A DNA stretch of 64,000 nucleotides from Trichosphaerium sp. ATCC 40318 (taxonomy: Eukaryota; Protista; Tubulinea). Each line of letters begins with the position of its first letter. Positions within the stretch are counted from its first letter, which is position 1. Both the position numbers and the translations under genes were made by a program. Below the pieces are notes generated by a model, which worked only from the letters and a program-made list of their open reading frames with translations, ran no database searches and was not told where the DNA came from. The stretch spans positions 1 through 64,000 of the forward strand of contig JALMLS010000091.1 in the NCBI GenBank assembly GCA_038496445.1. The letters are read 5' to 3'. Positions 11,807 through 24,592 of this stretch are shown one piece after another.

Positions 11807-12420
11807 ATGTTAGATAATTTTATTTGGTTTATAGTTTTTTTTATACCATTTGTAGTATGATGTTTATAAGTACAGCGTGTTAAGGTTAATTAATTTAATT
11901 TTATTTTATGTAGTGTAGTTATATGGTTATTAGTTAATGATTTAGTTTTTTTGGACTTGTGTTAGGGTCGTATATATAGGCGCTATTTGTATCTTTTTAT
12001 TTTTGCTATAATAACAATTTATGATAAGTTACTCGTATATATGGTGAAATATATAGTAAACTTTTGTTTGTTTAATTTTATTTATATATTATTATTAATT
12101 TGTGTTGCTTTTATAAATTATAAGGATTAATTTCTGTATACGTTTTATAGAAGAAGAGCTTCAACAAGTTGTAGGGTTGCAGCTCAAGAAGTATCTACTG
12201 AAACTTAAATAAATCTTTGCAACTAGTGAAAATTTATTTAGTTTTTTTACTTTTTATGTTTAATAGGTGGTTTAATTTTATTAATAGGTATTATTGTACC
12301 ATTTCATTAGTTTTTAATAATAAACCTAATATTATAATAATAATGAATTTGCCTGAAGTATATAGAACGTAGAGGGATGTTTTAACTTTTAAGAAAGAAG
12401 AAATAAAGAAGAAAAAAAAA
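11807..12420 (+). CDS. nad6: NADH dehydrogenase subunit 6, frameshifted cryptogene
   Basis: VYIGAICI and GGLILLIGII(G)TISLV. 3' end uncertain. Confidence 0.8.
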
Positions 12421-12424
12421 AATA

Positions 12425-12720
12425 ATGAGATCCCCAAAAAAATTCCGTTTTTTAAGTTAAAGATCTTAAGATTTTAAAAAAAAGTATACATAAAGCGAAA
12501 AATTTAATTATGTTTTTATAGAAATATTATTATTTTTAAGTGCTTATTGGTAATTATTATAGTGTTATACAGGACAAAAGTTTATTATATATTTGTTAAA
12601 CCAAATATGTATGGTTTAAATATCGTGATTTCTTCTTTACAAAAAGTGAGGTTCTAGAATACATAAAAAGAAGATAAAAAATCCAGTAAGGGAAAGTAAA
12701 AAGAAGAGGTCGTTTAGTAA
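12425..12720 (+). CDS. rps19: Ribosomal protein S19, frameshifted cryptogene
   Basis: MRS.KK.PFF, then YRNIIIFKCL-GNYYSVYTGQKFI..VKPNMYGFKYRDFFFTK, matching the S19 pattern. Confidence 0.75.
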
Positions 12721-13690
12721 TCCTCTGTGTTTTAGATCCAATTTTTGATTACTTGAGATGATGTTTATTACGTTAAGATATACATTATGCAATTTGTTTT
12801 ATAGTTGTTTGCGGCTCGAAACTTTGTAAAAACAATATTAAGTGAGATTGGCAGCGTGGTAGAGGTTGATTATAGATAATATAAATATTGTTTATAATCA
12901 AGTGATAATAAATTAATAGGTGTTGTTATTGTTATCATGGTCTTATATGACATGATGTCTTCGGCGGTTAAAAATCGTGTACGATTTTTATGAGATATAA
13001 AGCTTGTATGCGTTATTTAAGATCTTTTTGCTGACGTTATTTTTAAAAGAAGTAAAATGATCAGGTACTTTAAATTACGTATTTTTATAAGAATTTAATT
13101 AAAGCAGCAGTAAAAAAGCATTAGGGAAAAGGCGAAGCTAGTTACTATTTATAGAGTTTACAATTAATGATGTGAAGTATAGAAGCAAGGCGAGTGTATG
13201 GGGATATGATTTTATTGGTGAAATTTTTTTATGGTTAAATTTTGTAGTTTTTTTCTCGTGCTTTGTTATCCAAAAAAGTAAGTTTAAAGTTGATTTTTTG
13301 GATAACAAAGCGTAAGTGCAAGATTTATGTCGTGTTTATGGTAAAGCGTTTTGATCAAAAATATAGTTATAAGAAATGTTGAGTACTATGAAAGGGAATG
13401 TTTTAGGTTAATGTTTAATTGAGGATTATAGAAGGTTTTAAATTTAATTTAAAGGTCGTTTTAAAAGACGTCAAAAAAAAGTGAATTTATGTTTTTTGAA
13501 GGTAAATTACATTAAGTACTGTTACAGGCTATATAGATTATGGTTAATTATTTGCCTTTAAAATTTAGTATAATGGGTGTTAAAATTTGATGTAATAAAC
13601 CTATAGGATGGTGTTACAACCAGTGTGTTTAGTGCAAATATGGTATACATCCAAGAAAAATATATGCATTTAGAAAAGATTTAAATTAAA
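12706..13690 (+). CDS. rps3: Ribosomal protein S3, frameshifted cryptogene
   Basis: GRL-NPLCFRSN..TWDDVYY at the N-terminus, and KGRFKRRQK, GKL-LSTVTGYIDYG and MGVKIW at the C-terminus. No ATG is visible at the start. Confidence 0.8.
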
Positions 13691-13721
13691 ATAAAATATA
13701 AAGCAAAGAAAAACGTGACAT

Positions 13722-13853
13722 TGACTTGATAAACGACGTTTATTTTTTAATTTTTAAATTTTTGCTTTATTATAAGTCCATCTAATTAAATAAAATACAT
13801 TTATAATAAAGCAAAAATTTTAAAATTAAAAAATAAACGTCGTTTATCAAGTC
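13722..13853. repeat. Hairpin at the centre of the large inverted duplication
   Basis: CTTGATAAACGACGTTTATTTTTTAAT...TTATAA, a ~25-nt loop, then the near-perfect reverse complement. Confidence 0.85.
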
Positions 13854-13913
13854 GAGAAAACGACGTTTTTCTTTTTTCTTTTTTGAGAAAAAAAAAACAC
13901 CTTATAATAATAA

Positions 13914-16255
13914 ATTTTTCTTGGATGTATACCATATTTGCACTTAAACACACTGGTTGTAAACAACCATCCTATAAGGTTTATTCATCAAATTTTAACA
14001 CCCATTATACTAAATTTTAAAGGCAAATAATTAAACCATAATCTATATAGCCTGTAACAGTACTTAATGTAATTTACCTTCAAAAAACATAAATTCACTT
14101 TTTTTTGACGTCTTTTAAAACGACCTTTAAATTAAATTTAAAACCTTCTATAATCCTCAATTAAACATTAACCTAAAACATTCCCTTTCATAGTACTCAA
14201 CATTTCTTATAACTATATTTTGATCAAAACGCTTTACCATAAACACGACATAAATCTTGCACTTACGCTTTGTTATCCAAAAAATCAACTTTAAACTTAC
14301 TTTTTTGGATAACAAAGCACGAGAAAAAAACTACAAAATTTAACCATAAAAAAATTTCACCAATAAAATCATATCCCCATACACTCGCCTTGCTTCTATA
14401 CTTCACATCATTAATTGTAAACTCTATAAATAGTAACTAGCTTCGCCTTTTCCCTAATGCTTTTTTACTGCTGCTTTAATTAAATTCTTATAAAAATACG
14501 TAATTTAAAGTACCTGATCATTTTACTTCTTTTAAAAATAACGTCAGCAAAAAGATCTTAAATAACGCATACAAGCTTTATATCTCATAAAAATCGTACA
14601 CGATTTTTAACCGCCGAAGACATCATGTCATATAAGACCATGATAACAATAACAACAACACCTATTAATTTATTATCACTTGATTATAAACAATATTTAT
14701 ATTATCTATAATCAACCTCTACCACGCTGCCAATCTCACTTAATATTGTTTTTACAAAGTTTCGAGCCGCAAACAACTATAAAACAAATTGCATAATGTA
14801 TATCTTAACGTAATAAACATCATCTCAAGTAATCAAAAATTGGATCTAAAACACAGAGGATTACTAAACGACCTCTTCTTTTTACTTTCCCTTACTGGAT
14901 TTTTTTATCTTCTTTTTATGTATTCTAGAACCTCACTTTTTGTAAAGAAGAAATCACGATATTTAAACCATACATATTTGGTTTAACAAATATATAATAA
15001 ACTTTTGTCCTGTATAACACTATAATAATTACCAATAAGCACTTAAAAATAATAATATTTCTATAAAAACATAATTAAATTTTTCGCTTTATGTATACTT
15101 TTTTTTAAAATCTTAAGATCTTTAACTTAAAAAACGGATTTTTTTTGGGGATCTCATTATTTTTTTTTTTCTTCTTTATTTCTTCTTTCTTAAAAGTTAA
15201 AACATCCCTCTACGTTCTATATACTTCAGGCAAATTCATTATTATTATAATATTAGGTTTATTATTAAAAACTAATGAAATGGTACAATAATACCTATTA
15301 ATAAAATTAAACCACCTATTAAACATAAAAAGTAAAAAAACTAAATAAATTTTCACTAGTTGCAAAGATTTATTTAAGTTTCAGTAGATACTTCTTGAGC
15401 TGCAACCTACAACTTGTTGAAGCTCTTCTTCTATAAAACGTATACAGAAATTAATCCTTATAATTTATAAAAGCAACACAAATTAATAATAATATATAAA
15501 TAAAATTAAACAAACAAAAGTTTACTATATATTTCACCATATATACGAGTAACTTATCATAAATTGTTATTATAGCCAAAAATAAAAAGATACAAATAGC
15601 GCCTATATATACGACCCTAACACAAGTCCAAAAAAACTAAATCATTAACTAATAACCATATAACTACACTACATAAAATATAAAATTAAATTAATTAACC
15701 TTAACACGCTGTACTTATAAACATCATACTACAAATGGTATATAAAAAAAACTATAAACCAAATAAAATTATCTAACATATTAATTCTTTTTATACTTTT
15801 TTTTATATTTACCATCTATTGCAGACATTAATCATTCATATCATAACCTAAGAATAAAAGTAAGATAAATTCAAGTAAACTATATAACCTCAAAAGTCAT
15901 AACTTAAAATCCTAATACACTAGGTAACAACAATACTATTTCTAAATCATGATTAAAAATAATAATGCTACCACAAAAAATCTAATTTCAAATTTACCCG
16001 TGGTTTTTTATTCATTAAAAACCGCATTCATACGGAGATAATTTTGCTTTACTATAACTCTATAAAACCAATATATATGAACATCCATATAGTAATATAA
16101 CTCAAAAAAAAGCACTCCTAACACAAATAAACTTATATAAAATGAATACATTTTATTTATTATTGCATCTTTTATATTTAAAATTACTAGAAAACAAAAA
16201 ATATAAAATTTAAAGAACTTAATTTATTTTTAATTTCGCTTCTTCCCTTGAAACT
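13914..16255 (-). repeat. Inverted copy of 11332-13661 (nad3, nad6, rps19, rps3)
   Basis: Reverse-complement match throughout, with a handful of 1-3 nt indels. The nad3 copy lies at 15809-16151 (-). Confidence 0.95.
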
Positions 16256-17510
16256 TTGAAAACATAAACAAAAGTGAAGTGTACCATTGACCAAAAGTTT
16301 GGTTGGTGTCCATTGTTGACATTGCTGGTATTGCTGACAGAGCCTGTACTTTTGATTAGCTTCTTTTCACCAAAAGAACGTAATAACAACGTACGTTCTC
16401 CGTCTAAACTTCACTTTAAGCTATTTTTGTGCGAAAGTAGTTGTCATATTGACTAAAACTTACATCCGTTTGTTCCATGACTTTATTGCACAGATATCTT
16501 TTTTAGCTTCCTTAATACCAAACTGCACCGTAATTTTAAGATAAGATTTAATACTTGGCTACCGTACCGTCAATCTATTGCATTGCATCAACAATAAAAC
16601 TTCGTTTTTTCCATGGCTTCCTCCAAATCCTCGTTTAACTTAAAACATTTTACGAAAAATTGCGAATTTTAACATAAGATTTTTAACACTTGGCTACTCC
16701 TCGCATACGTTACATTAGCATTGCATCAAGCGTAACTTCGGTTTTCGTTTCTTTCCTAAATAAACGACTAAAGATAAAACAATTAGTACGTAAAAGAGAA
16801 CTTGACACCTGTCAGTTACACATTCACATCGTCCTATACGTTACATTTGAATCAAGCAATAAATTAACTTTGTAATATATTTTCCATCCTTAATACAATT
16901 TAGAACAACACTTTTTGTTAGTCTTAAAAAGAAACACACAACGTCCGTTAGCATCTAACAATATTAGATTTGAAGCAATAAAAATTTGTAAATCGTTTAC
17001 GATGATACACCAACCAGACGGCCTATTACGATTTTTAGCGACTTTCATAGTTCTTCAATAAAATTAAGTCGTCAAAAAAAAAATTAAACACCATCAACTC
17101 TTATTACTTTATTTTGATTAAATCTAGTAGCGTATTGACTGTAAAATCTTGCTTAAGTCCGTTACAAAAAAAGATAGAAATTACATTCATCTTTTAATGG
17201 ATTCTTCTACAGTATTGATACGGCAGACTGTAACCGTAGTTCTTCAAAAAGACATGGACAAATTAAGATACAACCCGGTTCCACTTTTAAACTACCGGCA
17301 TACAGATCCTTTAAATTGAACGAGTACAAACTAAAGATAATTGCCCGTTAATCGTGCTTTTGGCATAAATGAAATAGTTTCCCACTACTTTTTTGATACT
17401 GTAAACTGTAAAGCAAAAGCTGCTTAAGCGAAATTGTGCATCAAGATTTTACAATAATGGCCTTTTTAGAAGATTACAAAATTAGGCTTAAAGTATTATT
17501 TAGCAATTCA

Positions 17511-19240
17511 ATGGCCTTTATTAGATTTTACAAAGTTGTTCTTTTTATTGTTTTACTTGGCGTTTCTCTATCCGTAGCAGACCAAGACAAGTGCGATGAT
17601 TGTTTATTTCAAGCAACACAAAGTGCGTTTCTCCACACTTTTTGAAAGTTTTTAACTAAATCACCAAACAGCATGCTCTGTTGAATGTAAATGTAATGGA
17701 GAGTTCGCAGACGGAAAATGTATTTGTCACACGGGTTATGAAGGTAAAACGTTATAAAGCCACCAAAAAACGTTATTCAATGTATAAAAGGTGTAAGATG
17801 CGAACGACAATGGACTGACACTGAATGGTTCAGTGTTGTACTACTTGCGTACCAAGTAAGTAACAAAACTCCTTATAGCGCCTGTACATCGCTAGGTATG
17901 ATTAACATAACGTGAAATACAGATTATTGCGGGCTCTCTATTCCTTGGTATCGCTGTATGGTCGATTTCTCTGCTTGTAGCGTACAGCAATACAGAAAAA
18001 AGAGAAATCCTTCTTGGAACAAGACCTGGACGTTTATCCTTGTTTCAATTGGTGGCGTTAATTTTTTTGTCTGTTGGTATGACAAGGAATGTACAATTTT
18101 TTTTTCTCACAGGTTTTTTTTGTAGGTGTAATCATAGAAGAAGCTATTGATCCTTCAGCGCTAAGAGTACGCTAGAAAAAATAAATTAAACTTACTGATC
18201 GTATTATCGAATAGCGTGTTTTTACCCCGGGCCCACAAACTTCAATCCTTACGTCTTTGGTAAGTAACAAAAGTTGTTAAAAAATGTCTTTTAATTTTCC
18301 AAATTAGAACAACTCTTTGATTCTTATTATGTACGCCTGGACTCTCTTTCTCTGTGCTGGAATACTCGGTGAAAAAAATATCCCGTTCTTTAATAAAATG
18401 AGGCACGTGATCAAATACACTATTGGTTTTTATAAAAATCAATCACGTGATATCGTGAAAAAAAGATTGACTCTTTTTGTTTAGATACGGTGTCATAGGC
18501 TCTTGTGTGGTTGTATTTTTGGTGTTTGTAGCGCCCACGATCATCATTCTTGTGAGCCAGGAACAAAGAGATCTCTTTTCTGTTATTTTATTATTCAGTA
18601 CAGAGGTCCTCACTCTAGCTTCTGGAATTGCTATACTTGCATTTGCCTTTGCTTTACATAGACGCAGAGATGTCAACAGAAAAGGTTTTCGCTTTTACAA
18701 CTCAGTACGCACTTGCTCCTTTTCTTCATCTTCGAGAAAAAATCGATCGAGATTTCTTTTTCTTTCCAGCATTTTGTTTGCAAACAGTAAGTGCTTTAGA
18801 TGTTTATCAAACTAATTGAGAAAACCCTTGGGCACAGCACTCTTTGTTATATGATTTTTTGAGCGAACTTTCCCGTTTACGTTGAATAGGTTGAAGTGTT
18901 TTGTTTTACTGCTGGAACGCTATTTACACTATCTTTTTTCGCGTTCATATTAGAAGCTATTATGTTTCTTGTATTACCTCGATTACAAGGAACAAAAGAA
19001 CTATGGTTTGTCGATACTACCATAAACACAGTGTTTATTCTATTCCCTCTTCTATACATTGTTCTAAGATCCTTTCATGCAGATAAATCAGTTTATATTA
19101 AAAATGTATTACTATGTATGCATAATGAGAATAATGGTACTACTCATAACCTTGGAGATTTAACAAGGTCAAATACACATTATACAAACTCCAGAAGATT
19201 CAATGACTTTCTTGAAAGAAGCGAGATGCAAGGAGCATAG
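17511..19240 (+). CDS. Signal peptide + EGF-like domain + multipass membrane protein (receptor-like), multi-exon
   Basis: MAFIRFYKVVLFIVLLGVSLSVA, CKCNGEFADGKCICHTGYEGVRCE, several hydrophobic exons and GT-AG introns. Confidence 0.65.
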
Positions 19241-19788
19241 ACAACAAAAAGTTCATACACGCTCAAAGAGGAAGAGAATCTTTACAAAAAAAAATCAAGA
19301 GATTAAGCGAGACGCAGTAATAACTATGTACAAAAGAATAACCAATCCTCATTTCTACAGTCACAAACAAAATGGTAGTACTCAGAAGGAGATTCACAAC
19401 AGGACGCCAATGTACTTTGTACACACAATGTAAATAAAATGTCCATTTTTAAGTGTACAGTAAGTTAGGTTGTATTGACCAAACAGCACCCAAAGCAGCT
19501 AGTCTATTGACCAATAGTTCTCGCAAATGATAAGCATAAAAACGGACAGGTGTAATTCCTTACAAGTCCAACCTACTTTCAGCTGTTGTATGGCGCACGT
19601 ATTGAAGCTTTTAATATAAGTTAGTGAAAAGGATGTTAAGCGTTTCCACTAAACAAAAAGCTGATTAATTATCTTCATTTATTCTTCACATCAAAGTTGT
19701 TAAGTTTGTTATGTACATCAGGTAATGCCATAGCGTTGCTTTTCAAGCTTGCGTTCATTCAAACATATAAAATGAACCTTCATCGAAT

Positions 19789-20892
19789 TTATTTAAAAGT
19801 ATAGATAACAGTATCTACAACATCCATCAATGTGTCCACATACTCATTAGTAACATTTGTCCCATCTAAAACAATTTTGTGTACACCAGACAATGATTTA
19901 ATACCTTCATCTGTAATTGATTGACAATGCAGTAAACTTATAGTGTGTACACCTGACAATGATTTCAAACCTTCATCAGTAACTTGTATCTTCCAAAATT
20001 ATAGTGTGGACACCAGACAGTGCCTTTATACCCTCGTCTGTAACTTCAGTATACGTTAGATCTATTTCATGTACACCAGACAATGCTTTGATACCTGAAT
20101 CTGTTATCGCGCAAGCATTTAACTTTATAGTGTGTACACCAGATAATGCTTTTATTCCCTCATCTGTTATTGCTGTTACTACCCGTAAATGTATTGTATG
20201 TACACCAGCCAAAGCCTTGATGCCTTCATCTGTTATCGATTTACAAAAATCTAAGTTTATATTGTGTACTCCTAACGCTAATGCCTTCATCAGTGACGTT
20301 TGAATCTGTTAAATCTATTGTATGTACACCAGCTAAAGCCTTAATACCCTCGTTTGTTATCAATTTACTAGCATACAAGTTGATAGTATGTACGCCTGCC
20401 AATGCTTTGATGCCATCATCTGTGATTGTACAACCATGCAAGTTAATGCTGTGTACGCCTCTCAACATCTTTACACCTTCATCTGTTATTGAATAACAAT
20501 ACTTCAGCTTGATAGTGTGCACACCAGATAATGCTTTGATACCCTCATCTGTTACTAGCTTACATAACTTCAAGTTGATAGTGTGTACGCCTTTAAGAAG
20601 GCTCAAATGACTGTCCGTAAGGGTGCTTCCCAGTAGTGTCAAAGAAATTGCTGTGTTCTTAAGCAAAGCGCTACCAGAAAGCTGTTTTAGTTCATCTTCG
20701 CTTAATACTGCAATTTTATCATATCCAACATGGTTATGGACGATTTCTCGCATGAGGTGGCATGTTTGGGCTGAGCGAAGCGTGAAAGTCCCAGACTTGA
20801 GAATATGAACTATCACTTCAACTTGGTAGCGCAAGGAGGCATAATTGCTGAGTAGTTTCGATTGTGGGTTTTCTTTTGGGTAGCTGTTCCAT
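19789..20892 (-). pseudogene. F-box + LRR gene with three frameshifts
   Basis: LLALP/VEVIVHILK F-box-like start and repeats of GVHTIxLxxxxITDEGIKALA. Frame breaks near 20823, 20280 and 19983. Confidence 0.75.
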
Positions 20893-21093
20893 CTTGTAAA
20901 ATAGGGCGTTGAGTGGTTTATTGTGGGAACGCTATGTGTTCATAACAACGAGCAGAGGCGAGAAATATAACGACTATTTTTGCGAAAAAAAAAAGAGTCT
21001 TGGAAGGCGACAAGCCGCCGCACAAGATTAGAAGCATAACATACCTAAATGATATTATTGCCTAGAAAAGGGTAGGAGCGATTATAAGCAAGT

Positions 21094-24049
21094 ATGAGCT
21101 TAACGGAAGTTTTACCACCAGAAATACTTCAACATGTGCATAATATTATACCAACGCGTAAGGAAGGCAATAATGGAATGTTTAGGTTTTCTTTTACATA
21201 CCCCTACAATTACTCACTACAAATGCCCAAGTACGCCTTAAACGAGGGTTTCTTATGCATAACGAATAACGGTTAACGCCTAAATACGCTTTAGGTTTGT
21301 AAGCTCTTCAACGACGTTATTAACCTCCCGTCTACATGGAAAAAGCCTTTAATTGCTAGATTGGGTATTGATTACGAAAAAGGTAAAAGAGTGGGAGAAC
21401 TTGAACCGAAACACGTTTTTTTTTCCAACAAGGCAACTTTTTAACATGATTTGGTTAGTTGATACAGCCATTCACAGTGCAGGAGCGTCATGGATAATTT
21501 TGGCACAGATGATATTGAAATCACCAAGGACGGAATTACTCTGGAAGTTCACAGCTATTGATCAAGTAAGTGTTTGGTCATCGTACTTTTTTTCGTATTT
21601 GTTGTTGTAAATTAGACATTTGCTTTCACGTGATTTCTCGATTGAGGTGGTCTGTAACCAGTTCTATCTTTATACACTAAAAAGAACTCTCTAATGAAAC
21701 TACAAAAGTAATTTTCTTGGTGTATTTGACATCCATTGTAGCTCATGTTTGGTTCTTTTCTTGAGGATTCAGTAAACTTTAAGTTTTCAAAAGGTGGTTT
21801 TAATCAAAGAAGAAGTTCAAAGACAGATATCGCCTATCTTGAGAAGATTACTGTTGATGGCATAGTCAAAGTAGTTTGCCATCCTTTCAAATTATGTGCA
21901 AAAGACTATATGAAACATTTATATAGCCCTGAATGTAAATATGACGTAACAAGTACGAAGGCACTAGCTTTCGCACAAGGTTTACTTACTTTTTCTTTAA
22001 GGTAAGTTTATGTGCTTGCTGGTTGGAGGCCTTTTGATTGAGGAAGCTAAGTTTGCCGAGAGGCTTATTGAAAGCCTTATATCCGCGTATGAAGAAAACA
22101 AGAATGACTTTGGCGGTCACAGGTAAAGCAACATTAACGTTCCTTTTTTTTCTTCCTGTTTTTTTCTTACTATTTTGCAAAGGCTTGTCCAGTTTTTGTG
22201 TTATATGATATCTTACTTACCACTACCTACTGAAATCATATCAAACACATATACTCAAGACGATAGCGATGATGATGATGATAAAACAGATTTTCTATGT
22301 GAATGGTCAGACAAGTTCTTGACACTTGTTAAGCTCTTATCACCTCACCATTTCCGACTTGTACAAAAAGCCCTTGATAAGCGAATAGAATATTGTAAAG
22401 CCATTAAGGTAATGCAATGTATATACATCACTAAAAGCTCACAAACATTTAATAGAACCCTCTTACTGAGGCTTGTTTCATAGAAGGTTTAAACTACAAA
22501 AAACCTATTACTTTTGAACCTAGAAAACCTTTAAAGATTAAACAAAATATGTCTATATGGGACATGACACCAATGGATATTGCAATAGACTATACTCTTC
22601 AAACACATAAAATGTGCGTAACGGTATCTGTAGTTAGTTAGTCAATAGCTAGTTAAATAGTGGCTATGTTACCTAGTTGACCTCTTGCGTCGTGCTCTTG
22701 ACAACAATGCCCACATAGTCAAATAACTTAGTATTGACTAACATGCTGTTGTATTTGTGCTTACTTTTTTTAAATATTTAATAGGATGCGTGTATGCCAA
22801 ATTAAATACCATCCGACAATAACACACTCTTCTCTGATGGCAATTATAGCTCGGTTTAACAATGTACAAAACAATTTTTTGTTTGAAAAAGAAGCAAAAA
22901 CAAAGTAGCTTCACTTGCAAGTTTTTTTTATTCACACGTTTTAACGTTGTTCTAAAGAACGAACGATGTAAGAAATGATTTGTTAATTAACTTATTTATA
23001 TATAGCATAGCAATTACTTGATAGGTGAAATACTGTCTTTTACAGAAATCAAAGAAAGAGCACGGAGAATAAAGTTTATGATTGAAGTCATTGGATGTTT
23101 TGTTAAACTTGGTAACACAAATGACGCTACGCTATTTTTGTCAGTACTACAAAATTGTGTCATCTACAGACTAAAATCAACATACCTCATCGTGCGTAGC
23201 AACCTATTTTTAACTTTTCTCCAACACGTGGATTTCATGCGACAGCAGAAAAATTCTCAATTTTTTTAAAAGAAATGCCATCTCTTTACGAGTATTATAA
23301 AGGCTTTATTAATTATATTTTGACTTTGTATACTTATTATCACATTTATATTTTATAACATACAAGAGTGTTTGGTAAAACGAGACCACAAAAATAATCG
23401 TGTTCTTTAGGTTCAAAAAAAATGGAAAGATATCCACAAACAACTATGTGAATATCGATCACTTATTTCTGCTGAAAAAGGATACATGGCTCTTCGAAGA
23501 TTTATAAGGGTATGTTTTTTTTTTTGATTAATTTGGGCTTGTTTTTCCACAATAACCTCCTCTTTGAGCTTATATTAATATGTTAAATTAGAAACGTCAG
23601 GATACACATTTGCCTCAAATACCTTACTTAGGCCTTTTTCTATGTGACTTAACGTTTATTAAAGAAGGTAAGCAATACAACAACTTTCAACTACAAACGA
23701 AAATTTGCAAAGTTCACTCTTTACCTTGTATCGCATAGCTTTAAGCTATGCTTCCTTTTTCAGTTAAAAAGTTATAAATTCTATTACCACACATTCTATG
23801 CCCGTACTAACCAATATAAACAAAAAAGGTCACCTGGCAACAGCACCATTTGTGAGTGTTCAGCGGTGGGAAAAAGCATTTCAAAAAACTAGTCAATTCA
23901 TTGAATGTCTTGTACCTTGTTACAATTATAAGTCTAATCACTTTATACAACAAGAATTTGAAAAATGGCATACAACAATGCGTGACGACGATTTTTATAG
24001 GATAAGTATGAACGTGGAACCCAGAAATAGGGGCAAGAAAAAAAAATGA
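21094..24049 (+). CDS. RasGEF (CDC25-type) domain protein, multi-exon
   Basis: GEILSFTEIKERARRIKFMIEV..LGNTND..LQNCVIYRLKST, IPYLGLFLCDLTFIKEG and FYRISMNVEPR. Confidence 0.85.
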
Positions 24050-24592
24050 AGACAATCGCAATAAAATCCTGTACCCTTTTATCTAAAGACTTACCTAGTA
24101 CAAATCGTTAGCAGGTATGTGAATGAAGCTATGTCCGCATTGCCTTGTAATAATAAGCCTTGACGTTCAATTAAAAGTGCAAAAGCTACATGGAATATAC
24201 TACTTTGCATTTTCTGTTAAGTTATTTATCACTGCTACATCACTGCTTTGCTCAACCAACGAACCTGATTCATATCTTGTGAAGTACCACTCGTGCTTTT
24301 AATGTATCCCGTGTTCTTTCAAAACAATATTCGGTTCACTATTGGGGTGTTGTAAACATGTCGTTTAACCCAATTTGAAACATTTCTACTACTGGCAATG
24401 TTTGGCTAATGTTGACTTCAGGAGTACCTCGTTTTGTTCTCAATACTGCCCAACCTCCTTGGGGCCACCGTTTAGATGTATTACATTATAATAGAATGAT
24501 GAATTGTATTTTTGTTAAGCAAGGGTTTCGGAATAAACGTAGAGTGCTTAACAATTTTTCGTTTATTTTTTTTTTGCTGCATTGGTTTTTGT

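Larger units (their letters stand above)
1..16255. other. Mitochondrial-type DNA segment (mtDNA joined to a nuclear contig, or a very recent NUMT)
   Basis: Very AT-rich and intronless, with tightly packed nad and rps genes. TGA reads as Trp. Abrupt switch to intron-containing nuclear genes after 16255. Confidence 0.93.

Noticed and set aside
324-13690. Ordinary decayed NUMT pseudogenes
   Set aside because: The lesions are uniformly single missing bases with motifs intact and no nonsense substitutions in the segments tested.
324-13690. Myxomycete-type C insertion
   Set aside because: C cannot restore the invariant Gly, Ala, Trp, Gln or Arg codons at the diagnostic sites.
1-16255. tRNA or large rRNA genes
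   Set aside because: I recognised no convincing cloverleaf or conserved rRNA motif, though edited tRNAs could be missed by eye.
20004-20496. Plus-strand repetitive ORFs
   Set aside because: They are antisense to the LRR repeats. The same applies to 60497-60901.
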